Shown here in pieces: positions 49,263-59,312 of a stretch of 64,000 bases of DNA (position 1 is the stretch's first letter; each line of letters opens with the position of its first letter). The DNA is taken from positions 1-64,000 of the forward strand of contig JAZDCZ010000291.1 in assembly GCA_036679605.1 (NCBI GenBank), given 5' to 3'. The DNA comes from Gemmatimonadota bacterium. Lineage in GTDB: Bacteria > Gemmatimonadota > Gemmatimonadetes > Gemmatimonadales > GWC2-71-9. A program made the translations under genes and the position numbers. Under the pieces are notes generated by a model. It searched no databases and had not been told where the DNA came from. It saw only the letters and a program-made list of their open reading frames with translations.

Positions 49263-51837
49263 CGCAGTGTTGGGCGCCGAGCGCTTCCTGCAAGAGATCA
49301 CGACAACGGCGAACTTGCAGCACCCGCACATCTTGCCGCTTTTCGACAGTGGGACGGCAGGTGGACCGGACGACGGCATCACGGACGATTCCGAGCACGG
49401 GCGTGGCATGCCTCACCCTTTCCTCTACTACGTGATGCCGTTCATCGACGGCGAGACGCTGCGCGACAAGCTCAACCGCGAGACGCAGCTCGGCATCGAC
49501 GAAGCGGTCAAGATCACCACAGACGTTGCAGACGCACTTGACTACGCGCACCAGCAAGGGGTGATCCACCGCGACATCAAGCCGGAGAACATCCTGTTGC
49601 AGAATGGCCGTCCGATGGTGGCGGACTTCGGCATCGCGCTGGCGGTGAGTGCGGCAGCGGGTGGGCGGATGACAGAGACGGGCATCTCGCTAGGGACGCC
49701 GCACTACATGAGTCCCGAACAGGCGACGGCCGAGAAGGATCTCACGAACCGTTCCGACATCTACTCGTTGGCCTGTGTGTTGTATGAGATGCTAACTGGC
49801 GAGCCGCCACACACGGGGGCGTCGGTGCAAATGGTTATCGCCAAAGTGGTGACCGAGGAACCTCGGCCCGTCTCTGTCCAGCGGAAAACGGTCCCACCGC
49901 ATGTTGCATCGGCGATCCACTGTGCGCTCGAGAAACTTCCTGCCGATCGCTTCGGGTCGGCCGCTGCATTTGCTGAAGCCCTGACCAGTCCGACTATTGC
50001 CGCCGTCACTTTCGCGCGTACGATCACTAGCGGTACGCAAGCTCGCGCGCTCCGATGGCCGTTTGCGGTAGCCGCCGCTGTACTGCTAGCGGTTGGCGTG
50101 GTGGTAGGTCGTGCGTCGGCCCCGGCGGGAAGTGAAGTCACCCGAGTCGCTCGGCTCGGATTGAATACGCCAGCAACCGATCCCATTTCCTTTTCAAACG
50201 CACCAATCGCCGCCGTGTCGCCGGACGGACGATCTTTGGTGTATGTGAGTGGCAGCGGCGACGGCCAACAACTCGTATCGCGTCCGCTGGAGTCCCGGAC
50301 CGTGTCACGAGTTGCAGGGACCGCTGGTGCATCTAGTCCGTTCTTTTCCCCCGGTGGAGACTGGATCGGATACTTCCACAAGGACGGTATTAGCAGGGTG
50401 CCGTCGACCGGCGGCACACCGGTGTCAGTCGTGGACGATGCGAGCAACTTTCGGGGTGCGACCTGGTCGTCGAGTGGAGAGATCCTTTACGGCCGGGCCG
50501 GGCCGGTTTGGCAGGAGCGAGCTGGTCCACTATGGGCGGTTCGCGCCGATGGGAGCGGGGTGCCGCGTTTGGTTGCCGCCCCGGACACGAGCCGTGGCGT
50601 TTGGGGATTCTGGTTGCCGGATGCGCTGCCGGACGGCCACCACGCGGTGGTTACCTTGCTTGGCGCCACATTGGGTCGCTGGCAGGGGATCGCGGTCATC
50701 GATCTCGACTCGGGTGAGTGGCGCATCGTCGTTCCGCCGCCCGCTTTCGGCGCCCGATACGACCCATCAGGACACCTCATCTACTTACAGACCGGAGGCG
50801 CACTTCAGGCTGCACCGTTTGACGCCGAGCGTCTCGAGGTCACCGGACCGGCCGCGACACTTGCCGACGACGTGCACCTTTCGAGTTGGAGCACCCCGCA
50901 GCTCGCGATATCACATCAAGGAACGCTGGCTTACCTAGGGCAACAACCGCACGAACTGGCTGTGGTCGACCACGATGGCGTCTCGCAATCTGTTGCCGCG
51001 GTGAGCCGTATTTTCCATCATCCGCGATTTTCTCCGGATGGACGTCGAGTCGCGGTGGATATCGCCCACGAGGGCAGTCGTGACGTCTGGATTCAAAACC
51101 TCGACCAGGGCACATTGACGCGTGTTACTTTCGAAGGAGATGCCAACGATCCTATTTGGACGCCGGACGGGAAACGCATCACGTACTCGTCTGCGCAATC
51201 GGGGACGCGCGGTATCTATGAGACGAGCGCCGACGGATCCGGAACACCCGACTCGTTGTTGACGGTTGCAGGATCGAACACGACCGCTGGTTTTTGGACG
51301 CCAAGCGGCGATCGGTTGATCGCAATCACGGACGCTCCGTCCAGCGGGCTCGATCTGCTGATTCTGGACAGTGATGGCGCGAACGTGGAGCCGCTCGTCG
51401 CAACGCCGTTCGACGATGCGCATCCGGCACTTTCGCCCGACGGCCGGTGGCTCGCATACGTGTCAAATCAGTCTGGCCAAAGCGAAGTCGTCGTTCGATC
51501 GTTCCCGACATTGTCGACACAAGTACAGATCTCGACCGCAGGCGGCACCGAACCCGTTTGGGGGCCGAATGGAAGGGAACTCTACTACCGAGCAGCAGGG
51601 GAAACTGAGGGACCGGAGATGGTCGTCGCTCGGATCGAGACCCGATCCGGCTTCCGCGTTGTTTCGCGGGAGCGGCTCTTTCGCGCTGACGAGTTTGTGA
51701 CCGCACCGCCGCACGCGAACTATGACGTTGCGCCTAACGGTAGCGGGTTCGTAATGGTGCGGCTTGGGCGAGCGAGTCGATTCGAGATCCTGCTCAACTG
51801 GCCCGAGGAGTTGAAGGCGAAGGTCGGGAGGGAATGA
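49108..51837 (+). CDS. Ser/Thr protein kinase - TM - PD40 propeller
   Basis: Intact Hanks motifs; 18-aa insertion after FDSG; ends EELKAKVGRE. Confidence 0.93.
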   Translation: MTEITERLSSALADRYRLERELGSGGMATVYLAHDVKHDRKVAVKVLRPELAAVLGAERFLQEITTTANLQHPHILPLFDSGTAGGPDDGITDDSEHGRGMPHPFLYYVMPFIDGETLRDKLNRETQLGIDEAVKITTDVADALDYAHQQGVIHRDIKPENILLQNGRPMVADFGIALAVSAAAGGRMTETGISLGTPHYMSPEQATAEKDLTNRSDIYSLACVLYEMLTGEPPHTGASVQMVIAKVVTEEPRPVSVQRKTVPPHVASAIHCALEKLPADRFGSAAAFAEALTSPTIAAVTFARTITSGTQARALRWPFAVAAAVLLAVGVVVGRASAPAGSEVTRVARLGLNTPATDPISFSNAPIAAVSPDGRSLVYVSGSGDGQQLVSRPLESRTVSRVAGTAGASSPFFSPGGDWIGYFHKDGISRVPSTGGTPVSVVDDASNFRGATWSSSGEILYGRAGPVWQERAGPLWAVRADGSGVPRLVAAPDTSRGVWGFWLPDALPDGHHAVVTLLGATLGRWQGIAVIDLDSGEWRIVVPPPAFGARYDPSGHLIYLQTGGALQAAPFDAERLEVTGPAATLADDVHLSSWSTPQLAISHQGTLAYLGQQPHELAVVDHDGVSQSVAAVSRIFHHPRFSPDGRRVAVDIAHEGSRDVWIQNLDQGTLTRVTFEGDANDPIWTPDGKRITYSSAQSGTRGIYETSADGSGTPDSLLTVAGSNTTAGFWTPSGDRLIAITDAPSSGLDLLILDSDGANVEPLVATPFDDAHPALSPDGRWLAYVSNQSGQSEVVVRSFPTLSTQVQISTAGGTEPVWGPNGRELYYRAAGETEGPEMVVARIETRSGFRVVSRERLFRADEFVTAPPHANYDVAPNGSGFVMVRLGRASRFEILLNWPEELKAKVGRE

Positions 51838-51922
51838 CCAATGTCCAATAATCAATGTCCAATGAGCAAGGATCTGTGCTTGGCAGCGTTGGACATTCTG
51901 CATTGGACTTTCTGCGATTGAC

Positions 51923-54900
51923 ATGACAGAGATACCTGAACGCCTCTCCAGTGCCCTCGCCGATCGCTACCGTCTCGAGCGCGAGCTGGGTTCGGGCGGC
52001 ATGGCTACCGTCTTCCTCGCCCACGATGTGAAGCACGACCGCAAGGTCGCGGTAAAGGTGCTCCGGCCTGAACTCGCTGCGGTTCTCGGAGCGAAGCGCT
52101 TTGTGCAGGAAATCAAGACCACCGCCAATCTTCAGCATTCGCACATCCTGCCGCTATTCGATTCGGGTGAGGCAAGTTCTTTCCTTTATTATGTGATGCC
52201 GTTCATCGACGGAGAGAGCCTTCGCGACCGGCTCGACCGCGAGAAGCAGCTCTCGATTAACGAGGCGGTGCGGATCGCCAGCGATGTTGCGGACGCGCTT
52301 AACTATGCGCACCAGCGCAATGTCATTCATCGCGACATCAAGCCCGAAAACATCATGCTGCGTGACGAGCAAGTGCTGGTTATGGATTTTGGCATCGCGA
52401 TGGCGTTGGGCTCGATGGACGAGGCACGCCTTACCGCGACCGGCGCCTTGATTGGAACACCGCAGTACATGAGTCCGGAGCAGGCAGCCGGGGAATCTGT
52501 CGGTGCGGCAAGCGACGTGTATGCGTTGGGTTCTGTGTTGTACGAGATGCTCAGCGGCGCCGCGCCCCACCACGGTGCCAACATTCAGGCAATCATCGCC
52601 AGCGTGTTGTCGCGGGAGCCCGAACCCGTCCGCTCGGTACGGAGCGAGGTGCCGCCGCACATCGAGCAGGCAATTGCCCGAGCGCTCGCAATGGATCCGA
52701 CGGATCGGTTCGTCTCGATGTCGGAGTTTGCCCGTGCCCTTGCAACAACAGGGTCGACGCCTCGGCGCATCCGTGGACAGAAATCCTCGGAGCGCGGCTT
52801 GGCAGATAGCGAGCGACGCTACGCCACGGTGGTCCACTCCGCACTCACAGGGTATGCGACGCTGGTGGAGCAACTGCACCCGGACGACCTCGAGCAACTC
52901 CTGGAACGGATTCATGCGGCCGCACAGGAAATCGTGGAGAAGCATGGCGGTGTACTCAACAGTGCCTCCGACGAGGAATCGGTCGCGATGTTCGGTGCCC
53001 CGGTAGCGCACGAGGACGATGCGCTGCGGGCGGTGCGCGCGGCCCGTGAGCTTCAGCAGTTCCTCTGCAGTTCCGAAATCCAAGGCGAGTCTAGGCTCGG
53101 TGTCCGGACCGGCATCAGCACCGGCTTCGTAGTGGTGCGTGGGAGTCGGAGGGAAGGGGAGCTTTTTTCGATCGCCGGTGGCGTGGTGGGAGTAGCGGCG
53201 AGACTCGCGGCACACGCTGCGGACGGCGACGTGCTTGTGAGTGCCGAGTCCGAACGTTTACTCGTGCCGTTCTTCAGTACTGAGCCTCTCAAACCAGTGA
53301 CGCTCGGAGGCGAGTCTGAGATCACGCCACATCGGATTGTCGGGGAATCGGGGGCGCGAACACGGATCGAGGCCGCCGAGCGTGCGGGGCTCACGCTCTT
53401 CGCCGGACGCGACACCGAGATGCGCACACTCCAGGAGTGTCTCAAAAAGTCCGTCACCGGTGCCGGTCAGGTTATCTCGATCGTGGGCGAGGCCGGTGTG
53501 GGGAAGAGTCGCTTGCATTACGAATTTCTGCATCCGCTTGACCCTGCGGACGTGCGTGTGGTCGAGGGTCGATGCCAGTCCATTGCGGAGGCGACACCGT
53601 ATCTGCCCTTCATCGAGACCCTGCGGCAGGTCCTGAAGCCTGCAAGCGAGGTCGACCTGCAGGAGGCATCGGTAATCGACAGCGTTCGCGCACTGGATCC
53701 GGGGCTGGAAAACTATATTTCTCTCTATCTGCATGTGCTCTCGGTCCCGTCTAGCGAGCATACACCTCCCAAGCACCTCAAGGGCAAAGAGTTTCGGCGT
53801 GCGATGCTGGACGGACTCTCTGCCGTGTTCGCCTTGGCATCGAAACAGCGCCCGTTGGTGATGATGCTCGAAGATTGGCATCAAGCCGATGAAGCCTCGC
53901 AGGAAATGCTCAAGCATGTAGCTGGTATCGCCACGGCCTATCCGTTGATGATTGTCGTGACCGCACGTCCGCAGGTAATCCCCGACGTTGGAGAGGTGGA
54001 TCACCACACGATGATTCGCCTGGGGCCGCTCGAGGCAACTGCTTCGCTTGCCGTCATCTGTTCGGTGTTGGACGTGGATCAAGTCGCGGACGATCTCGGG
54101 CGACACTTGCATGAGCGAACGGCTGGGAACCCGTTCTTTCTCGAGGAAATCTGCCTTACGATGCAAGAGGAAAACCTGCTCAGAGTAGAGTCGGGACGGG
54201 CGGCCCTCATTGGGAATGTGGAATCGTTGCAGTTGCCCGATACGGTGCAGGCCGTGCTTCGCAGCCGGCTGGATCGCGTCGATCCCGATGCGCGTGAGGT
54301 CCTACGCCTTGCCTCTGTAGTCGGGCGAGAGTTCGCACGCGATATTCTCGAACGCGCGGTCCCCGACGCGTCTTCGCTTCCAGCCTCACTCGAAGCATTG
54401 ACCGCGCTCGGGATGATCCAGCAGATCAGCGTGGTTCCGGAGCCGGTATACCGCTTCAAACACGCTCTGACACAGGAAGCGGCATACGAGAGTCTCGTGC
54501 AGCATCAGCGAAAGACCCTGCACGGATTGGTCGGCAAAGTTCTCGAAGAGCACTACGCCGATCGTGCCGACGAGCAATCGGATATTTTCGCACACCATTT
54601 CAGTCTTGCGGAGCAGTGGCCCGCGGCCGTCCGATACGGACGTCGTGCCGCGGAAAAAGCTCACAACCTTGGCCAGTTCGCCAATGAGTCTCGGATGTTG
54701 GAGAATGTGCTCGGTTGGGTCAGGAAGCTCGACGACAGGACGACAGAGATCGAAGTCTTGCTTGCTTGGGAACGGACATGTGAGACCATTGGAAACCTCG
54801 ATCAACAGCAAACGATCATCGAGAACTTGCTGCTGCTGACCGAACCGGACGGCTACGATCGGCAGCGTGCCGAGACGTATATCAGACAGGGCGATCTGTG

Positions 54901-56317
54901 GACATTGCTCAGACACTTCGACAAGGCTCAGGATGTGCTGACGCAGTCGCTGGAAATCTGGCGCACGCTGTCGGATCGTGCCGGGGAACGCAACGCTCTA
55001 CGGAGTCTCGGGTTCCTCGGATGGCACCAGGGCGATCTCGAACAGGCAGTGACATCTGCGGAAGCGGCGCTCGCCATCGATCGTGAACTAGCCGACTTGG
55101 AGGCTGTCGCATTAGGTCTCAACAACCTTGGCATGGTGTTGAAGGCCGCCGGCCGGATCGACGAGGCGCTGCGCTATTTCGAAGAGGCTGTGCAACTGTT
55201 CGAAGACAAGCAGATCGAGGAGACCCACGCGCTTATCAATGCGGCGTCGATCTACCGCGACCGGGGTGAGATCGACAAGGCAATGCGTTACCTGCAGAAA
55301 GGATACGACGTCGAGCGTCGCCACCATCTGACCGGGCGCGAGTCGTTCATACTGACCGCGATGGCCACGATCGCTCAAATGCAAGGCCGGCCGGATGAGA
55401 GCATCCGCATCTACGAGGATTTGATTCGGCGGAGCCACTGGACTGGCGCAGGGGCTCCACGGACTCAGTGAATTGCTCGTCACACTGGGGCGGCTGAGAG
55501 ATGCGCTCCCGTACGTTCGTGAGAAGGTCGAGATCTTTGAGCGAACCGGTGAGCAAGCGCTGGAAATCGAAGGGCGACAGCGGTTGGCGGAGATCTACGA
55601 GGAGGAACTCCACGACTATGCTGCCGCGACCACGCAGTGGCACAAGGTCCGTGCCCTGCGGAGTGGCAGCGACGACGTGGCCGGTGAGTTGGAGGCGGCG
55701 GAAAGCCTCGCCAGACTCGCACGGCTGAGCAGCTCAGATGCGAACACGGTCATCACTTACCACCAGGATGCCTTGGAACTCGCCTGCAAGCTCGACGACG
55801 CGGGCAAGCAGGGGGACATGCTCAACACACTCGGCATACTTCATTGGCAACAGAAGGACTATGCCCAATCGCTATCGTGTTATGAGCGAGCACTCGAGAT
55901 CTTCCGCGAGCGTGCAGACCAGGTGCACGTCGGGCTGGTGCTCAACAGCATTGGAGCGGTCCTTCGGGACAGTGACCGGCTCGAGGATGCGCTGGATCAG
56001 CTCCGCGAGGCGTTGGACACCAACCGCCAGTCGGGGCAGCGGCGTCTCGAAAGCCATTCGCTTGCCACCTTGGGAGACGTAAGTGCCGCGCCGCGATTGG
56101 AGAGCCCGGACAGGCACTTGTGCAATACGAGGCGTCGCTCGAACTACGTAGAACACTTGGAGATCGGAATGGTGAGGGGTGGATGTTGTTTCGCGTGGCG
56201 CAGGTCGAGGCGGGCGAAGGTCGGGGAGATCGCGCTCTTGACTTGGTGGGCCAGGCTCGTAGGATTGCTGAAGAGTGTGGCGACGCCAAGCTCACGACGG
56301 CGTGCGAGGAATTATAG
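51923..56317 (+). pseudogene. Ser/Thr kinase + class III cyclase-like domain + STAND/AAA ATPase + TPR, frameshifted at about 55439 and 56090
   Basis: Kinase motifs; AMFGAPVAHEDDALRAV; Walker A GEAGVGKS and Walker B MMLED; GNPFFLEE; YRFKHAL. The TPRs continue in two further frames. Confidence 0.8.
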
Positions 56318-56370
56318 GATGGGACGATGGCACCCTCTGCCATCATGGCTTCCCTAATGGAGACCGGTTT

Positions 56371-56637
56371 ATGCCGAGATACATCATTGAGCGCAACGTT
56401 GGCACTCTTACCCAAGAAGAACTCGATGCCGCGGGTCGGAAGTCGAACGAGGTGCTCGCCGGGATGCCCGACGTCGTGTGGATTCGGAGCTACCTCTCGG
56501 CGGCCGATGGCAAGATCTATTGCGAGTACGACGCTCCCGATCCGGAGGCTATACGGGAGCACGCTCGGCAAGCCGGCTTACCTGCTGACAAGATCTCGGA
56601 AGTGTCACTCGAGTTGAGTCCGGAGATGTTTAGATAG
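56371..56637 (+). CDS. DUF4242 / SCO4226-like small protein
   Basis: MPRYIIER...WIRSY...KIYCEYDAP...IREHA...GLPADKI; SD GGAG. Confidence 0.85.
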   Translation: MPRYIIERNVGTLTQEELDAAGRKSNEVLAGMPDVVWIRSYLSAADGKIYCEYDAPDPEAIREHARQAGLPADKISEVSLELSPEMFR

Positions 56638-56648
56638 CCGCACGAGGT

Positions 56649-59312
56649 ATGACCGAGATCACGTCCAAGCTCTCCACGGCCCTCGCGGGCCGCTACCAGA
56701 TCGAACGCCACCTCGGCGAAGGCGGCATGGCCACCGTCTACCTCGCAGAGGACCTGAAGCACAAGCGCAAGGTAGCGGTCAAGGTACTGAGACCTGAGCT
56801 TGCAGCCGTGCTGGGTGCCGAGCGTTTCGTGCAGGAGATCACGACCACCGCGAATTTGCAGCACCCGCACATTCTCCCGCTGTTTGATTCGGGCGAGGCG
56901 GACTCCTTCCTTTATTATGTGATGCCGTTCATCGACGGCGAGACGCTGCGCGACAAACTCAACCGCGAGACCCAACTCGGCATCGAGGAAGCTGTCGACA
57001 TCACGACCGCCATCGCGGACGCCCTCGACTACGCCCATCGGCAGAACGTCATCCATCGAGATATCAAGCCAGAAAACATCCTGCTTCACGAGGGCCGTCC
57101 GATGGTGGCAGACTTCGGGATTGCGTTGGCGGTGAGTGCGGCGGCTGGTGGGCGCATGACGGAAACGGGGCTCTCGCTTGGCACACCGCACTACATGAGT
57201 CCCGAACAGGCGACTGCGGAGAAGGATCTCACGAATAGATCGGATATCTATTCGCTAGGAAGCGTGCTCTACGAGATGTTGACCGGTAGCCCGCCGCACG
57301 TCGGCTCGTCGGCGCAGCAGATCATCATGAAGATCGTGACGGACGAAGCACGGGCTGTGACGGAGCTACGCAAATCGGTGCCACCGCACGTTGCTGCGGC
57401 GACGGCGAAGTCGTTAGAGAAGTTGGCGGCGGATCGGTTCGAGACGGCAGCCAAATTCGCTGAGGCACTCAGCAACGCGGCGTTCACGCTGCCGACTGCA
57501 CAAGCAGAAGCGGCGGTGACGGCTGCGCCGGCGAGCAACCTTTGGAAACGAGTGAGCGTTGGAGTGACGGCAGTCGCGGCTCTGCTTGCCGTCGTTGCTC
57601 TGTGGGGGTGGTTGCGCCCACAACCCAAGACCGTCTTCCGACTCGGTGTGGGGTTTGCCGAAGGAGAACAAATCTTACGAGTCTCGACTAGGCGGTTTGC
57701 GATCTCCCCGGACGGAACCCGTATCGTCTATGTCGGAGCGGGTGTGGGAACCGGCGTGCGCCAGCTCTGGGTTAGGGAACTCGATGCGCTTCACGCCCAA
57801 CCACTGCCGGGGACCGACCTTCCACGGGCTGTGTTCTTTTCACCTGACGGGCAGTCGGTGGGGTTCGTTGACGGAGAGCCCGGCGATCTCAAGATCATTT
57901 CGATCGAAGGCGGTTCCGTTCGCACAGTTGCCGCCGACTCCGTCAATCCGTGGGGAGGTATGTGGGGACCAGACGGATGGCTGTACTTCACAGTGGCATC
58001 TGGTCGGCTCGCACGGGTGCGCGCAAGCGGTGGTCCTGTAGAGATCTTGGCTGCGCCGGATAGTTCTGAGACGGCTGGGGGGGGCGAGTACGATTGGCCG
58101 GAAGCACTTCCCAATGGCAGGGGTCTCGTCTTCCAGTTTTGGCAGAGTTCACTAGGCAACTCGGACATTGCTACGCTATCGTTGGAGACGGGTGAAGTAC
58201 GGGTGCTGACACACGCCGTGTCTGCGAAATACCTGCCCAACGGATACCTCCTGTATGTGACCATCGACGGATCGCTCTTCGTTCAGCGATTCGATCAGGA
58301 TGGCCTCGAGTTCACCGGTGAACCGATTGCGATTGAAACCGGTATTCGAATCGAGACGTTCGCCGGGACTGGACAGTTTGACGTATCCCGGAACGGCCAC
58401 TTCGTCTATCAGCCCGGTGGCAGCGGGGCCCAAGACCACATAGTCCGCGTGGATCGCTCGGGGTCCGCCACTGTCATCGATCCGGATTGGCGCGGCGGGT
58501 TCGAGACCGTCGCGCTTTCGCCGGACGGATCCCTCCTGGCTGTCGGAGTGGGGAGCGAAGGAGGGCAGATTTGGGTGAAGGAACTGGACAGGGGGCCTGC
58601 CAGACTGCTGACTTTTGAGGGGAATGGAAACAGCCGACCATCGTGGATGCCCGACGGTAGTGCCGTGACGTTCGTGCAGCCCGGAAATGGTTTGTGGAGC
58701 GCACGGTCAGATGGCGGTGCCCCGCCCCAGCAGGTTTACACGGGCCCGCAAGTCTGGGAAGCAACATGGTCGAGCGATGCGACGTGGCTTGTCGTTCGGA
58801 TCGGCGGTACGGGTACGGGTACGCGCGACATTCACGCCATTCGCCCCGGTATCGATTCGTCGGCCCGCGTGATCGTAGCCTCTCCCGCAGATGAATACGC
58901 CCCCGCCCTCTCTCCAAACAACCGTTGGCTAGCGTACGTTTCCAACGAGACGGGCCGGGAAGAAGTGTACGTTCGTCCGTTTCCTGATGCCGAGCGCGAG
59001 AAGCATCGGGTGACAGTCAGCGGCGGAACGGAACCGCACTGGTCACGGAGCGGCCGTGAGCTATTTGTCCGGAACGCTCGGGGCGAGATGGCCGTACATG
59101 CTGTCCGCTTCGATGACGAGACGTTCGCAGTGGAACCGGCCGAAGTACTTTTTGATGCAACGGAATACCTGAGCGACAACTACCATACAGCCTATGACGT
59201 CGCGCCCGACGATCAGCAGTTCTACATGATCGAGCAGTCCGAGATCATGGGCGGCGACCTCATCCTGGTGATCAACTGGTTCGAGGAGTTGAAGGCGAAG
59301 GTCGGGAACTAG
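56649..59312 (+). CDS. Ser/Thr protein kinase - TM - PD40 propeller
   Basis: Intact Hanks motifs, one TM, PD40 repeats; ends EELKAKVGN. Confidence 0.93.
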   Translation: MTEITSKLSTALAGRYQIERHLGEGGMATVYLAEDLKHKRKVAVKVLRPELAAVLGAERFVQEITTTANLQHPHILPLFDSGEADSFLYYVMPFIDGETLRDKLNRETQLGIEEAVDITTAIADALDYAHRQNVIHRDIKPENILLHEGRPMVADFGIALAVSAAAGGRMTETGLSLGTPHYMSPEQATAEKDLTNRSDIYSLGSVLYEMLTGSPPHVGSSAQQIIMKIVTDEARAVTELRKSVPPHVAAATAKSLEKLAADRFETAAKFAEALSNAAFTLPTAQAEAAVTAAPASNLWKRVSVGVTAVAALLAVVALWGWLRPQPKTVFRLGVGFAEGEQILRVSTRRFAISPDGTRIVYVGAGVGTGVRQLWVRELDALHAQPLPGTDLPRAVFFSPDGQSVGFVDGEPGDLKIISIEGGSVRTVAADSVNPWGGMWGPDGWLYFTVASGRLARVRASGGPVEILAAPDSSETAGGGEYDWPEALPNGRGLVFQFWQSSLGNSDIATLSLETGEVRVLTHAVSAKYLPNGYLLYVTIDGSLFVQRFDQDGLEFTGEPIAIETGIRIETFAGTGQFDVSRNGHFVYQPGGSGAQDHIVRVDRSGSATVIDPDWRGGFETVALSPDGSLLAVGVGSEGGQIWVKELDRGPARLLTFEGNGNSRPSWMPDGSAVTFVQPGNGLWSARSDGGAPPQQVYTGPQVWEATWSSDATWLVVRIGGTGTGTRDIHAIRPGIDSSARVIVASPADEYAPALSPNNRWLAYVSNETGREEVYVRPFPDAEREKHRVTVSGGTEPHWSRSGRELFVRNARGEMAVHAVRFDDETFAVEPAEVLFDATEYLSDNYHTAYDVAPDDQQFYMIEQSEIMGGDLILVINWFEELKAKVGN

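Noticed and set aside
56213..56225. GGCGAAGGTCGGG match to the kinase 3' motif
   Set aside because: Short, inside TPR coding sequence, and not at a gene end; likely chance.
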